From a virus, in IMG/VR virus record IMGVR_UViG_3300022666_000353, positions 29,840 to 93,839 of that record: 64,000 nt of DNA. One strand, 5' to 3'. Positions within the stretch are counted from its first letter, which is position 1. Every line of letters starts with the position of its first letter. Below the pieces are notes generated by a model. That model was not told where the DNA came from, did no database searches, and saw nothing but the letters and a program-made list of their open reading frames with translations. Below, in pieces: positions 1 to 9,311 of the stretch. Both the position numbers and the translations under genes were made by a program.

Positions 1-82
1 GGTGACCACGCCCCTACTCTGAATTTGTTCGCTTGCATGTAACGTCAATTCAATCATCTTCCACACTCCTTGCGCTTATATT

Positions 83-110
83 ATTATAGCGTGGATACAC
101 TAAATGTCAA
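83..110 (-). promoter_or_regulatory. sigma70-type promoter
   Basis: Minus strand TTGACA-N16-TATAAT, upstream of an ORF that starts at ~57 and runs off the window edge. Confidence 0.7.
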
Positions 111-657
111 GCATCAGTTGACCACTCCTGCGGGACAAATTTCTGACAACCGACCAGACTACGGCCTGAAAGGCAGCCGGCTCCATACCTACCAGCGCAG
201 CCGCCTCACGATACCCCTGCGCTATCCGGTGATACTTATACCTGGAGCAGTTGACCGGTCCACGCACTCGACCCTCCCAGGCCCGGATGGCCCAGGTGTC
301 AACCACAACCACGCGCTCTGTGTTGTGTGGGTCGTACAGCGACCAGGCAAACCTGGTGACCTTTGGCCCACGCAGGGCCCCCAGGTCGCCGGCCAAAATG
401 CGCCGTGCCTTTTCCTGGTTGGCACTGAAGGCAATGCGGCACCTGCCGTGTCGCACCATCTCCTCAGCGATAGAGATGTTCTGTTCCCAGCGTGTGAGGG
501 GTGACAACACAGCCACCACCCACACAAACGTCTTGAAATCCACACCACAGCGTGTCGCTGCGTATCGGCACTCCTCGTGAGCCTGCCGGTACCAGTCCAC
601 CTGAGACAGCTCCATGTTGGTAGCCATCCCGTAAAACATCAGTAGGTTGTCAATCAC
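100..657 (-). CDS. phage protein, DUF7178-like, HhH-glycosylase-like helical fold
   Basis: WY..A, AVLSP..RW..N, GPKV..F, VVDTWA and FQA..W motifs; SD GGAGGT upstream. Confidence 0.55.
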   Translation of the reverse strand: MIDNLLMFYGMATNMELSQVDWYRQAHEECRYAATRCGVDFKTFVWVVAVLSPLTRWEQNISIAEEMVRHGRCRIAFSANQEKARRILAGDLGALRGPKVTRFAWSLYDPHNTERVVVVDTWAIRAWEGRVRGPVNCSRYKYHRIAQGYREAAALVGMEPAAFQAVVWSVVRNLSRRSGQLMLDI

Positions 658-708
658 TGTACACCTCCAAAATCTAGCGGGGCCGGCTGTTACACCGACC
701 CCGTTCTA

Positions 709-1074
709 TTACGCGAACACCCCTTGCAGTTCGCGCTCCAGTTCGGCCCAGTCCTCGGGACCAAAGACCACGTAGGCGGACCAGCGTCCTCCGCACACAG
801 TCTCAATAGCCACCGACTCTTGCTTGTTCGCAGCTTGCAGCCAGCGGGCCAGCTTGAGCACCTTGCGGATGGTGACCCAGTCGTCGGTCCACACTTCGAC
901 CTTGACGCAGGGCTCCCGGTCGGTCTGCCCATTGTCCTCGCGGATGTAGGTACCGTAGCGCACCGTCTGGGTCGTGTAACCCATCAGCCGCTCGAATAGG
1001 CACACGAAGCGGTCGCGCTCCGCCTGTGTGTGACCACACACCGCCACAGCAACCCCGCAGTTGAACTTCAGCAC
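709..1074 (-). CDS. putative S-adenosylmethionine lyase (T3 SAMase/DUF3574-like)
   Basis: GTY...E-P-C-V-K-V...LA..L....QESV resembles T3 gp0.3 GCY...EKTVRV...EQDCV; small early gene with SD GGAGGT. Confidence 0.55.
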   Translation of the reverse strand: MLKFNCGVAVAVCGHTQAERDRFVCLFERLMGYTTQTVRYGTYIREDNGQTDREPCVKVEVWTDDWVTIRKVLKLARWLQAANKQESVAIETVCGGRWSAYVVFGPEDWAELERELQGVFA

Positions 1075-1162
1075 TATTCACCTCCACGTTCAGACAGGAC
1101 AAACAACAGGATGCCCAGGCAAATACCCAGGCATAACACAACGATTGCCCACGTCCCAAACA

Positions 1163-1360
1163 TCACAGCACCTCCTCGGTCACCTCAAAACATCGGCCAC
1201 CCAGCCCGTTGAAAACGACCCGGCAGGCACCTACGTTCTGACCTGCCGCTAACAACACACCGGTACCCGCCCCTCCACAGGGCCAGCACAGTTGGTACCC
1301 GTTAATCCACAACCAGACGGACAGGTCCGCCTGACACAGAAACCAGCGGATTTTGACCAT
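1163..1360 (-). CDS. hypothetical early protein
   Basis: ORF with SD GGAGGT; CxxC motif. Confidence 0.35.
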   Translation of the reverse strand: MVKIRWFLCQADLSVWLWINGYQLCWPCGGAGTGVLLAAGQNVGACRVVFNGLGGRCFEVTEEVL

Positions 1361-1480
1361 ACCCACCTCCAGGTTCTCTAATCCGGTTACTCCGCTACAG
1401 GGCAGAACCAGTACCCTGTAGCCGAGTGGGGACCCTTGCCGAAGGGGTCCCCTATTCAGTTGGCCGTGCCTACGGGGACG

Positions 1481-1714
1481 TTACGCCTTGCGACCCACGT
1501 AGACGTTGCCCTTCAGGCCCCCCGGCAGTGCCTGGAAGCCACCGGTCGAGGCGATACCAGCCATCTTGCCGCTGCTGCTGGGGCCGATGTCCTTGGTCGT
1601 GTCGGTCACCAGCACCAGCAGGTCGCCTACCTGGACAGCCAGCAGGTTCTCACCAGCGGGGACAGCCTTGCTCAGGTCGATGGTCAGGGTTACAGGGGTG
1701 TTCTTAGTAGCCAT
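1481..1714 (-). CDS. small SxSGK-motif protein
   Basis: SD GGAGG; GPSSSGKMAGIASTGGF motif shared with 2345..2773. Confidence 0.7.
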   Translation of the reverse strand: MATKNTPVTLTIDLSKAVPAGENLLAVQVGDLLVLVTDTTKDIGPSSSGKMAGIASTGGFQALPGGLKGNVYVGRKA

Positions 1715-1837
1715 GTGTATCCTCCAGATACGAGTTGGTTCCTGGCAGAATTACCAGGTGACAGGGGGGAACCTGTGTCCCCTCTCACCTGGCAGGGACC
1801 CCCGGTGCTTCAGGGGTCCCTACAACCGGGTCTATAC

Positions 1838-2023
1838 CTATAGCGGTCCGAATACTAAAACAGTACCTATGATGACAGCACACACCAGGGCAACTTTCAG
1901 GCTGTACGTGGCGAGGTAGGCCACTAAAACCAGGGCAACCCCCGCCCATGTAAACGGGGCGGGTACCGCCAGGGCGACGACAATCAGGGCAATTAGGGTC
2001 AGTACATGCTTGTTCAGTTTCAC
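1838..2023 (-). CDS. small hydrophobic membrane protein
   Basis: SD GGAGGT before GTG; almost entirely hydrophobic. Confidence 0.55.
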   Translation of the reverse strand: MKLNKHVLTLIALIVVALAVPAPFTWAGVALVLVAYLATYSLKVALVCAVIIGTVLVFGPL

Positions 2024-2344
2024 GATAACCTCCAGAGTTACATAACAGGATGCCAAGTAGACACCTCACAGGCGGGCCGGTTGTCGTTCCGTGGCGACCC
2101 TACTGTGTCTTGCTGTGCCCTCCGTCACTAGCTGTGTGTGACGGCATCGCGGCCTTTGACCCACGTTTGCTAAACGGGGTGGGTATCCGCCGATACCCAC
2201 GGGTTCCCTGAGTGCTGATGGAGCATAATTAACCCTTTCTCTTGACCGCCACTGCGGCCTAATGCCTCTCCATCACAGGGCTGGCACAAACCGGCCCTGG
2301 TGATTAGCCAGGGCCTTGTTACCGGTACGCGGGGCTGAGCTGGG

Positions 2345-2773
2345 TTACTTGCGTAACCCTACCCAGATATTCCCTTCGATGCCGTTCGGCAGTTCGCAGA
2401 ACCCGTGGGTATTACCCAGCGCCATGAACTTGCCGGACTTCGAGTCCCCTACGGGGGCGTTCAGGTCGATGGTCAGGATGAGCTTGCCATCCCGGATTTC
2501 AGCGGTGACGTTGTCACCGACCTTCTTGGCCGGGGCGCTCTTGGCACACAGTGCGGCCTTGCGGGATGCGGCGGCCTTACGGGCGGCCTCTTCGGCACTC
2601 CGCTTGAGCTGCTCTAACTCAGCCTGTGCGTTCTTGGCAGCAGCTACAGCCAGCGCCAGGCGCTCTTCGGCCTCTTTGACGGGGTCAATCTTGGACTTGG
2701 CCCACTCAGCTTCGCGCTGGGCACGATACAAACCAGACTGGATAGAATTGGTGGGGTTAGATTTCTTAGACAT
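2345..2773 (-). CDS. coiled-coil + SxSGK-motif domain protein
   Basis: SD AAGGAG; Ala/Lys/Glu coiled coil followed by LTIDL..PVGDSKSGK domain. Confidence 0.7.
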   Translation of the reverse strand: MSKKSNPTNSIQSGLYRAQREAEWAKSKIDPVKEAEERLALAVAAAKNAQAELEQLKRSAEEAARKAAASRKAALCAKSAPAKKVGDNVTAEIRDGKLILTIDLNAPVGDSKSGKFMALGNTHGFCELPNGIEGNIWVGLRK

Positions 2774-3592
2774 TTCGAGCTCTCCTTTTGTTTGCATAGT
2801 TTCGGTCCTGCTGGGACCATCATCAGTCAAGCGACACAGCTTGAGACTATATCCCGCCCATTGGGTTGGTGCGCGGGGGATTATGGCGCAAGGCATACCT
2901 TGCGTTGAATTGGTATAGGGTCAGTGTTTCACTAGCTCATATCGTCACAGAGTCCATCGTTCACGCGAGTTTCCCCGCCGCCGCCCGCCGCGCTCTTGTG
3001 TATCCCTACGGGTGCATACATTACCGCCTTGCGTGCTTTGCGATTTTACGGATTTACGCGATATTCTCAGCGCAATCTATGAGATAGCTAAACTGTCGCC
3101 CATGCTCACACCCTACGATGCAAGCCATATTCAGAATGAGCCGCGTGTCGGGTCAGTCCTTCGAACGCCCCGCTATGAAAGCTCATCACTATGTCAAGGT
3201 TCAGCCGGGAATTTCACCCCGTTCACTGGTATGCCAGTGAGAAAAAATCTGATACGCGCAAAAGATATAAATATGTCAGGCAAGCTCCTCTGTTCTGTGG
3301 TGGTCGGCGGTGGTGTTTCCCGCTCACACTCATAATAGTAGTCATAAACTGCCATATTTTCACTTTTATTTTCGGGTTTATTGCCAGTTTATTTTTATAG
3401 CGCAACTACGTCAAAAAGCGTTTTTTATTTCCGAATCCGACATGTTTTTATTATATTTACGTCGAAAGTTGGGATTTTACCGACCGGACGCTTTGGGGCT
3501 AATTACCTCAACTCCTATCGTACATCCCCCCGTTTTACCCTGTCCTATAAACCTACACACCCCCCACAAATAAAAAGACCCCTCATCGGGGT

Positions 3593-3916
3593 CTAGTCTG
3601 TCTGCGTATAAAAGAAACCTCTGCCTCCCGCCTTTTCGGCCCACCTCCTTGCTGGCGCTGTGACTAACACGTAGGGCATCGTCCCTGGTCGTAGGAGGGG
3701 TTCATCTTCCACAATCCCGTCCTCGATAAACCAGGTCTCTTCCCACTCTCGCTTAAGGAACCTGATTGTCACAGGGGTATCATCTATAGGGTACCGCCCG
3801 ATTTCCAGGTCCGGCAGCTCATCATCCGGTATGTTCAGTTTAAAAATGAAGTAGTTACGGTATTCGTTTTCCGTGCCTATGAAAATACTGAAGTCGTTTT
3901 GAAAAAGAGTGTCCAT
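3593..3916 (-). CDS. hypothetical protein
   Basis: ORF downstream of the MTase, followed by a hairpin terminator at 3570-3594. Confidence 0.5.
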   Translation of the reverse strand: MDTLFQNDFSIFIGTENEYRNYFIFKLNIPDDELPDLEIGRYPIDDTPVTIRFLKREWEETWFIEDGIVEDEPLLRPGTMPYVLVTAPARRWAEKAGGRGFFYTQTD

Positions 3917-3940
3917 AATTTTTTTATTTTATTTTAAATT

Positions 3941-5599
3941 TTAAAACCCAAGGGTACCCTGCTCTGTCTCTGTGTCCTTTTTTACCTTCTGGGCCTTTTT
4001 AAAGGAGCCTGTGGTCGGAGGCATTTTTACTTCTACTCCGCTCAGTATATCTTCAACGGTCAGTATCTGTATACGGGGATAGTCTTTTTGCCAGAGCTCT
4101 GACCGGTAGAAGCCAGCAGTCGCAGCCTCTTTGGTCATCTCACCCGTGGGAGCTTCAAGAGTGACAAATACCCCGATACAGGCGTCAGGTTCCCGTGAAA
4201 GAACGCCTACCAAATCTCGGATGTCTCCGCTCTTTACGTGTCCAGATTTCACCTGGACCAGAACCCGTTTGGCCTTTTTACTGGCGTCATCTATGAAGGT
4301 AATCACGCCGTCGATACCTTTATCTGAACCTTTCTTCCCCTTCTTGTCGCCTTCACTGCCGCCCAACGGCCTGGCCTGTATTAGTGACAGCGCCCACCAC
4401 TGGAACTGGTAGCGGTCTTCCTGGGCCAACTGCCGGGCTGCGCCCAGGTCTTCCGGTTCGCCAATCACATCATAGTCCTTGCATGGCACCAGGTCATACA
4501 TATCTTTGAGCCGGAGTTTGTGCATGGCAATCGCCAGATGGGTGATGTCAATGCCAATCCACTTGCGGCCCAATTTCTGTGCCGCTGCAATTGCGGTTCC
4601 ACAGCCGGAGAATGGGTCGAGCACAATGTCCCCTTCATTGCTCGACGCCTGGATGACGCGCTCCAGGAGCACAAGGGGTTTCTGGGTAGGATAACCTAAA
4701 CGTTCTGCCGCTTGTGCGCCAATAGGAGGTATGTCTAATAGAATATCTTGCAGGGCTATACCTTTAACCTCATCCAAGTACCGCTTGTAAGCAGGGACCC
4801 CCCCTTTCGGAGGCCAATAGATTCTCCCCTTTTTATCCAGTTCTTCGAGGTTTTCAATGGTATATTTCCAGTGGTTACCCTTTGCAGTTACATCAACGCC
4901 TCTCCATGACTCTCCTGAAGACCCGTGTCTAATTCCAGCCGCAGTCAGGTCACTCAGTCGGTAACGCCTTCCTTCGGTGTCAACATGCCGATAGAACTTC
5001 TCTACATAATCCGGGTCATGTGGAGTGAATTGCGGGTTCCATGTAAAGTCGCCCGATTTACTAAAGAACAACAATACATCGTGTACCGGGCCGTATCTTT
5101 TAGCTGAACTGTGGGCACTGGTCCGCTTCCAACAAATCTCATTTTGAAAATTCTGGACGCCAAACACTGTGTCTAGAATTATTTTTAAATAGTGACTCGC
5201 TGTAGGGTCACAGTGCAGGTAAAGACTTCCAGTTGGCTTCAATACCCGATGTAGCTCTACTAAACGAGCAGCCATCATCACCAGGTAGGCCATCATCTGG
5301 TTCGACCCAATAAACTGGCGCATGGCACTTATCATGGTGCTTACCTGAGGGTTGGAACTTTCAATAAGTTCGCTATAAATACTTTCTGCGGATTGGCCCC
5401 AGTGCCAGGAATCATCGAAGGCCGTGATTTGCGACTCGGAATCATGACCGCTTTCATCTTTGAATAAAACATTGTAAGAACGGCTGGAGTTGAAAGGCGG
5501 GTCCAGATAAATTAAATCTATACTTTCGTCAGGGATGTATTCCCGCAGGATACCAAGATTGTCCCCATAGAACAAAGTATTATTTTGTATGTGTTTCAC
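3941..5599 (-). CDS. beta-class N6A/N4C DNA methyltransferase with C-terminal Mrr-like endonuclease domain
   Basis: IYLDPPF (motif IV) precedes YPTQKP and DPFSGCGT (motif I); C-terminal DKGIDG...VQVKSG. Confidence 0.9.
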   Translation of the reverse strand: MKHIQNNTLFYGDNLGILREYIPDESIDLIYLDPPFNSSRSYNVLFKDESGHDSESQITAFDDSWHWGQSAESIYSELIESSNPQVSTMISAMRQFIGSNQMMAYLVMMAARLVELHRVLKPTGSLYLHCDPTASHYLKIILDTVFGVQNFQNEICWKRTSAHSSAKRYGPVHDVLLFFSKSGDFTWNPQFTPHDPDYVEKFYRHVDTEGRRYRLSDLTAAGIRHGSSGESWRGVDVTAKGNHWKYTIENLEELDKKGRIYWPPKGGVPAYKRYLDEVKGIALQDILLDIPPIGAQAAERLGYPTQKPLVLLERVIQASSNEGDIVLDPFSGCGTAIAAAQKLGRKWIGIDITHLAIAMHKLRLKDMYDLVPCKDYDVIGEPEDLGAARQLAQEDRYQFQWWALSLIQARPLGGSEGDKKGKKGSDKGIDGVITFIDDASKKAKRVLVQVKSGHVKSGDIRDLVGVLSREPDACIGVFVTLEAPTGEMTKEAATAGFYRSELWQKDYPRIQILTVEDILSGVEVKMPPTTGSFKKAQKVKKDTETEQGTLGF

Positions 5600-5686
5600 T
5601 GTGGTCTCCGGGTTGTTTGGACGAGTTACGTTATTCTACATCATTTCTACAGTATACATAATAAAACTTGAACCGGATACCCAAAT

Positions 5687-5720
5687 AAAAAAGCCCCTGG
5701 TTTCCCAAGGGCTTCTTGTT
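5687..5720. terminator. intrinsic terminator, near-direct repeat of 6603-6634
   Basis: AAAAAA-GCCCCTGG-TTTC-CCAAGGGC-TTCTT. Confidence 0.7.
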
Positions 5721-5819
5721 GTTTATTTCTAAGAGGACTTCCCGGAGTCTTTTCACATGGAAACACTTCTCCCCACACCATTCTTCCGTTCTGCTATAAT
5801 TACATAAAAGAGGTTTCCC

Positions 5820-6599
5820 ATGTCAAATGAGTTATTTCTACCATCAGGTATTGTCAAACACTACCGCAAGTATTTTACTCTTAATGAGGAAGCTCTCCGC
5901 CGCTTCCAGGCTATTCTCGAACGGGCAGGAAATGAAATATCAGAAGACGCTGTTGTTATATTTTACGTAGAGCGTGAAGATAGCCGTTTTTACAACACAC
6001 AAGATATTCAAGAGGTGCTGTCTGACCCTAACGTCAAGAACCGTCGTGTATCCGAGGTCCATATCGAATTGGTAGACAGAGCCACAAACAATATCATCGT
6101 CGTGTTTATACAATTTATAAGCAAGTATCGAGTGAATGATTTTTTTGGTTACGAAAGTCGCGTGGTTTTCAAGATATACAACGACAATAAAAACTGGGCT
6201 TTGCTTCTTTCGGATGAGTTAGAGCCGCAGCTACAACGCACGTTTAAACCAAAAGGTATCCCAAGTTGGCTGTTATTACTATTTATTGTACCGTTTGGAT
6301 TGACGACTGTAAAATGGATTGTTCTAAATAACGAATATTTACAATTGCCTGTTAGCTTGATTATGCCAATTACCGCCATGTTTGTGGTGTTCGCTACTAC
6401 AACGGTGCTATTGAGCTTAGGTAATATAAAAAACTTATATAAGCAGTTATTTGGGCCAGAATCAAGTTTTCTGTGGGGGGACGCAGCGATAGACTATATA
6501 CAACGAGAGAAAAATCGAAGCAACCTTACCTGGGTGGTTATAGTCGGGTTGTTAGTATCCTTGGTCGCAAGCCTTTTGTATACTTTTTTAGTTGCGTAA
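5820..6599 (+). CDS. low-GC membrane protein (moron-like)
   Basis: 259 aa with about 3 C-terminal TM helices; AT-rich; opposite strand to neighbours; TGcTATAAT upstream. Confidence 0.75.
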   Translation: MSNELFLPSGIVKHYRKYFTLNEEALRRFQAILERAGNEISEDAVVIFYVEREDSRFYNTQDIQEVLSDPNVKNRRVSEVHIELVDRATNNIIVVFIQFISKYRVNDFFGYESRVVFKIYNDNKNWALLLSDELEPQLQRTFKPKGIPSWLLLLFIVPFGLTTVKWIVLNNEYLQLPVSLIMPITAMFVVFATTTVLLSLGNIKNLYKQLFGPESSFLWGDAAIDYIQREKNRSNLTWVVIVGLLVSLVASLLYTFLVA

Positions 6600-6849
6600 A
6601 ACAAAAAAGCCCCCGGTCTCCCAGGGGCTCTTTCTGTTCGTCTTCTACGTGGACATCGCGTCGTCGTTTCTTGTGATTATATTTGTCACTGTGACACATA
6701 TAGCAGGCGTGGCGGTGACCCGACAGATGGCGTTTTTCGTACCACCAGTCGGGGGGTTCTTCATCCCCCCAGTAGCCCACGCGGACGGCTTCCCGCTTTC
6801 TCCGCAGACTAACCCGCTGTGTCCTTCGTCTGCGTTCTCTTCTGTCCAC
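6538..6849 (-). CDS. basic hypothetical protein with HxCxxC
   Basis: SD GGAGGT before GTG at 6849; Arg-rich. Confidence 0.5.
   Translation of the reverse strand: MDRRERRRRTQRVSLRRKREAVRVGYWGDEEPPDWWYEKRHLSGHRHACYMCHSDKYNHKKRRRDVHVEDEQKEPLGDRGLFCFTQLKKYTKGLRPRILTTRL
6603..6634. terminator. bidirectional intrinsic terminator
   Basis: AAAAAA-GCCCCCGG-TCTC-CCAGGGGC-TCTTT between convergent genes. Confidence 0.7.
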
Positions 6850-7210
6850 GTGTAGACCTCCTATTCGGTAATATTGCTCTTTTGGCCTTTCTTCGGGTCG
6901 GGGGTTTGCGTTCTCCCACAAGATGAAGTCCCCCACCTACCGGCTCTGGCAGTACAAGATTTTCTATCAGAGCCTTTCCCAACCGTGCCGCCGCGGTTAC
7001 TTTATTCACAAAGTCCACACTGTCATCTACAGTCGTGGTGTCATCACCCGGGACAACGGGCCCGGATAGTATGTCTATTGTCTCTTGGTAACTTAGTTGC
7101 CCAAGATAGAACATTTGGGACACAGCGAGAAGGCGTGCCACTCTAAGTCGGGGTAAATCAGCGTTCACAGTTTCTTTATTGTCCACCCAATACTGTGCCC
7201 GTCTACCCAC
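6809..7210 (-). CDS. hypothetical protein
   Basis: ORF within the leftward gene string. Confidence 0.45.
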   Translation of the reverse strand: MGRRAQYWVDNKETVNADLPRLRVARLLAVSQMFYLGQLSYQETIDILSGPVVPGDDTTTVDDSVDFVNKVTAAARLGKALIENLVLPEPVGGGLHLVGERKPPTRRKAKRAILPNRRSTRGQKRTQTKDTAG

Positions 7211-7410
7211 TGTCGGCTCTCCAGAACAGGCACGTTGTCAAACTGAAACACGACAACACCATCCCACGGCCTGCGCTCGAAGCTGACCATCCGCTGTGAC
7301 CATTCTTGCATTGAGCCACATTGTTCAAAGTACGGTTTAAGCGCCTCCTCAATTGCCTGGTAGTGCGCGGCCCGATGCTCGTATACCTGTTCCAAGAAGC
7401 TGTCAAACAT
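7165..7410 (-). CDS. hypothetical protein
   Basis: ATG overlaps the stop codon of the upstream gene. Confidence 0.5.
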   Translation of the reverse strand: MFDSFLEQVYEHRAAHYQAIEEALKPYFEQCGSMQEWSQRMVSFERRPWDGVVVFQFDNVPVLESRQWVDGHSIGWTIKKL

Positions 7411-8477
7411 TATACCTTCCGCATGTAATTCCAGGTGACAGACAGGGCCGTCCAACCACGCTCATGGCGGCCCCAGGTGTACACGTAACCTCTGGCGTCT
7501 GTAACGTTTTTGGTCTCCAGCATTTCAACCCGTTCGTCTTCCTTCAACTTACCTACGACTTCCCCATTAATGTCTGGGGTCTTGCGAATACGCAGGTCGT
7601 CCACATTGCTGGCGTAAACACCAAGATTTGACACAGGGGGCTCCGGCGTGATAACTGCTGGCGTGAACCGTAACCAGTCTACCAGGGCCGTGGGTGTACC
7701 ATTAAAGAAGTGCAGCGCAGGAGGGTACTGTGTCCCTTCCATGCCGGTGTAACGCTTCGCCCATTGTACCATTTTCCAGGTGGCATGTCCCGGCGTAGGA
7801 ATAGGAAAGTTCAATGCTGGGATGTGGGTGTTCTTCAGTGTGTCCCAGGTTGCCGGAGTGTTCGACATGGGCACAGGCTGTACCATCACCAGGTCCTTCG
7901 ACCGTCCCTGACTGGCAAGCCAGGTCACCAATTCTGTACTGGCTTCAATCAGGCTGATAGGCATCATAAACAGAATAGGGACCGGAGTGCCCTGGTAGCT
8001 GAACTGCGGGTCTTTCAGTATCCAGGCATAGAAGGTCTCCAGCTTGCCCTTCACGAACACATTACTCTCGCGGTATCCGTCGCGCCCGGTGTCGTACAGT
8101 CGCAGGACGATACCGTGGAACGATTTGCCTGCCACCTTATTCCGCATGGCGTGTTTAAAGCCTTTGTACTGCCAGTCGGACTCCGGGCTACCTGCCTGGT
8201 AGATGTCCGTGTCAGGCCGGAAGTTGTGCACCGCAAACAGCGGAACCCCGGCGCGGTACGCCTTGTCTACATTGGCTGAAAACTGGTCGTCCACGTAGGT
8301 GCCCATATCATATTGACCACCAGTGGTATCCAGTTGGTAGCCGTCACTGGCGCGGGCCAGGACAAAATCTACACCACCGGCGACCATCTTTCCGATGTCT
8401 ACACTACCGTTATTTTTATTGACCTCTACGCCCAGAGCCAACTTTGTGGGGTCAATCCCACTTCCAATACTACCCAT
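7410..8477 (-). CDS. GH25-like (lysozyme) barrel + C-terminal SH3b; catalytic acids appear degenerate
   Basis: GVDFVLARASDG, D.QFSANVDKA..AG, WKMVQW; SH3b LRIRKTP..GEVVGKL...GW. Confidence 0.75.
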   Translation of the reverse strand: MGSIGSGIDPTKLALGVEVNKNNGSVDIGKMVAGGVDFVLARASDGYQLDTTGGQYDMGTYVDDQFSANVDKAYRAGVPLFAVHNFRPDTDIYQAGSPESDWQYKGFKHAMRNKVAGKSFHGIVLRLYDTGRDGYRESNVFVKGKLETFYAWILKDPQFSYQGTPVPILFMMPISLIEASTELVTWLASQGRSKDLVMVQPVPMSNTPATWDTLKNTHIPALNFPIPTPGHATWKMVQWAKRYTGMEGTQYPPALHFFNGTPTALVDWLRFTPAVITPEPPVSNLGVYASNVDDLRIRKTPDINGEVVGKLKEDERVEMLETKNVTDARGYVYTWGRHERGWTALSVTWNYMRKV

Positions 8478-8498
8478 AGTTACTCCTTTCATAGTTAG

Positions 8499-8705
8499 TT
8501 ACCAATTCATTACTACCCGTATCAAGGCGGCAGCAGTTATTAGCGTACCCAAGATAACGCCCACTACCCAGAACAACAGTCGAATAGCGTCCGCTAATGG
8601 CATTCCCATACCAACAGACGCCGCAGTCGCTAAACCCAATAACACCGCGAGTACCGAAAAGAACAACGAACGTATTACAACCCACCCCCACTTAATGCTT
8701 TTCAT
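8499..8705 (-). CDS. small 2-TM membrane protein
   Basis: Two hydrophobic helices; lies directly upstream of the GH25-like gene. Confidence 0.6.
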   Translation of the reverse strand: MKSIKWGWVVIRSLFFSVLAVLLGLATAASVGMGMPLADAIRLLFWVVGVILGTLITAAALIRVVMNW

Positions 8706-9292
8706 TTAGTCTCTCCTGGCAAAAACAACCCGCCGGATTTTTGTAACAAAGTTTGCATCGCCTCTGGTTCGCCCATGAAAGCAGCCACCCGCAGTCGTGC
8801 GCTCTCAATAACTGCGACCAGGTCCAATGCCCCCTGCCAGGTGGCTTCGTCGTACGGCAAATACGTGGTGTCGTTGATGGTCTGCGGCGGGTTAAACTCC
8901 CCTGACCAGCGATAGTCCCCTGGGTAGAACACATCAGCACGGTCGGCCCGCTCTTCCTGGCCCCAATTAATTTTGTACAGCTTCCCGTTTGCGGCCTTGG
9001 CCCACTTAAACCGGTCTACGTATAACCCAACAAAAGATAACTGGGCCCAAGTTGGCCTAGATAACAAAGCCTGTTTCGCAAGCAGCATCGCCGGCTGAAA
9101 CTTAAGTGCGTAGACTTCGTCCAGCAACTTCTCAGCCTTGATAAATACTTCATTGGCCGTGTCCCCGCCTACCACTGTTCCCGCCAACACGCTACTCTTG
9201 AATTTGTTGTCAGGGGTCAACAGAACTTGGTACACAATACCACTCTCACGATGCCGGTGTTCATCCACCACGATGTCTTTACGTCTCGCCAT
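8702..9292 (-). CDS. hypothetical protein
   Basis: SD GAGGAG; 196 aa. Confidence 0.65.
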   Translation of the reverse strand: MARRKDIVVDEHRHRESGIVYQVLLTPDNKFKSSVLAGTVVGGDTANEVFIKAEKLLDEVYALKFQPAMLLAKQALLSRPTWAQLSFVGLYVDRFKWAKAANGKLYKINWGQEERADRADVFYPGDYRWSGEFNPPQTINDTTYLPYDEATWQGALDLVAVIESARLRVAAFMGEPEAMQTLLQKSGGLFLPGETK

Positions 9293-9311
9293 TCTATTGT
9301 CTCCTCTATTC

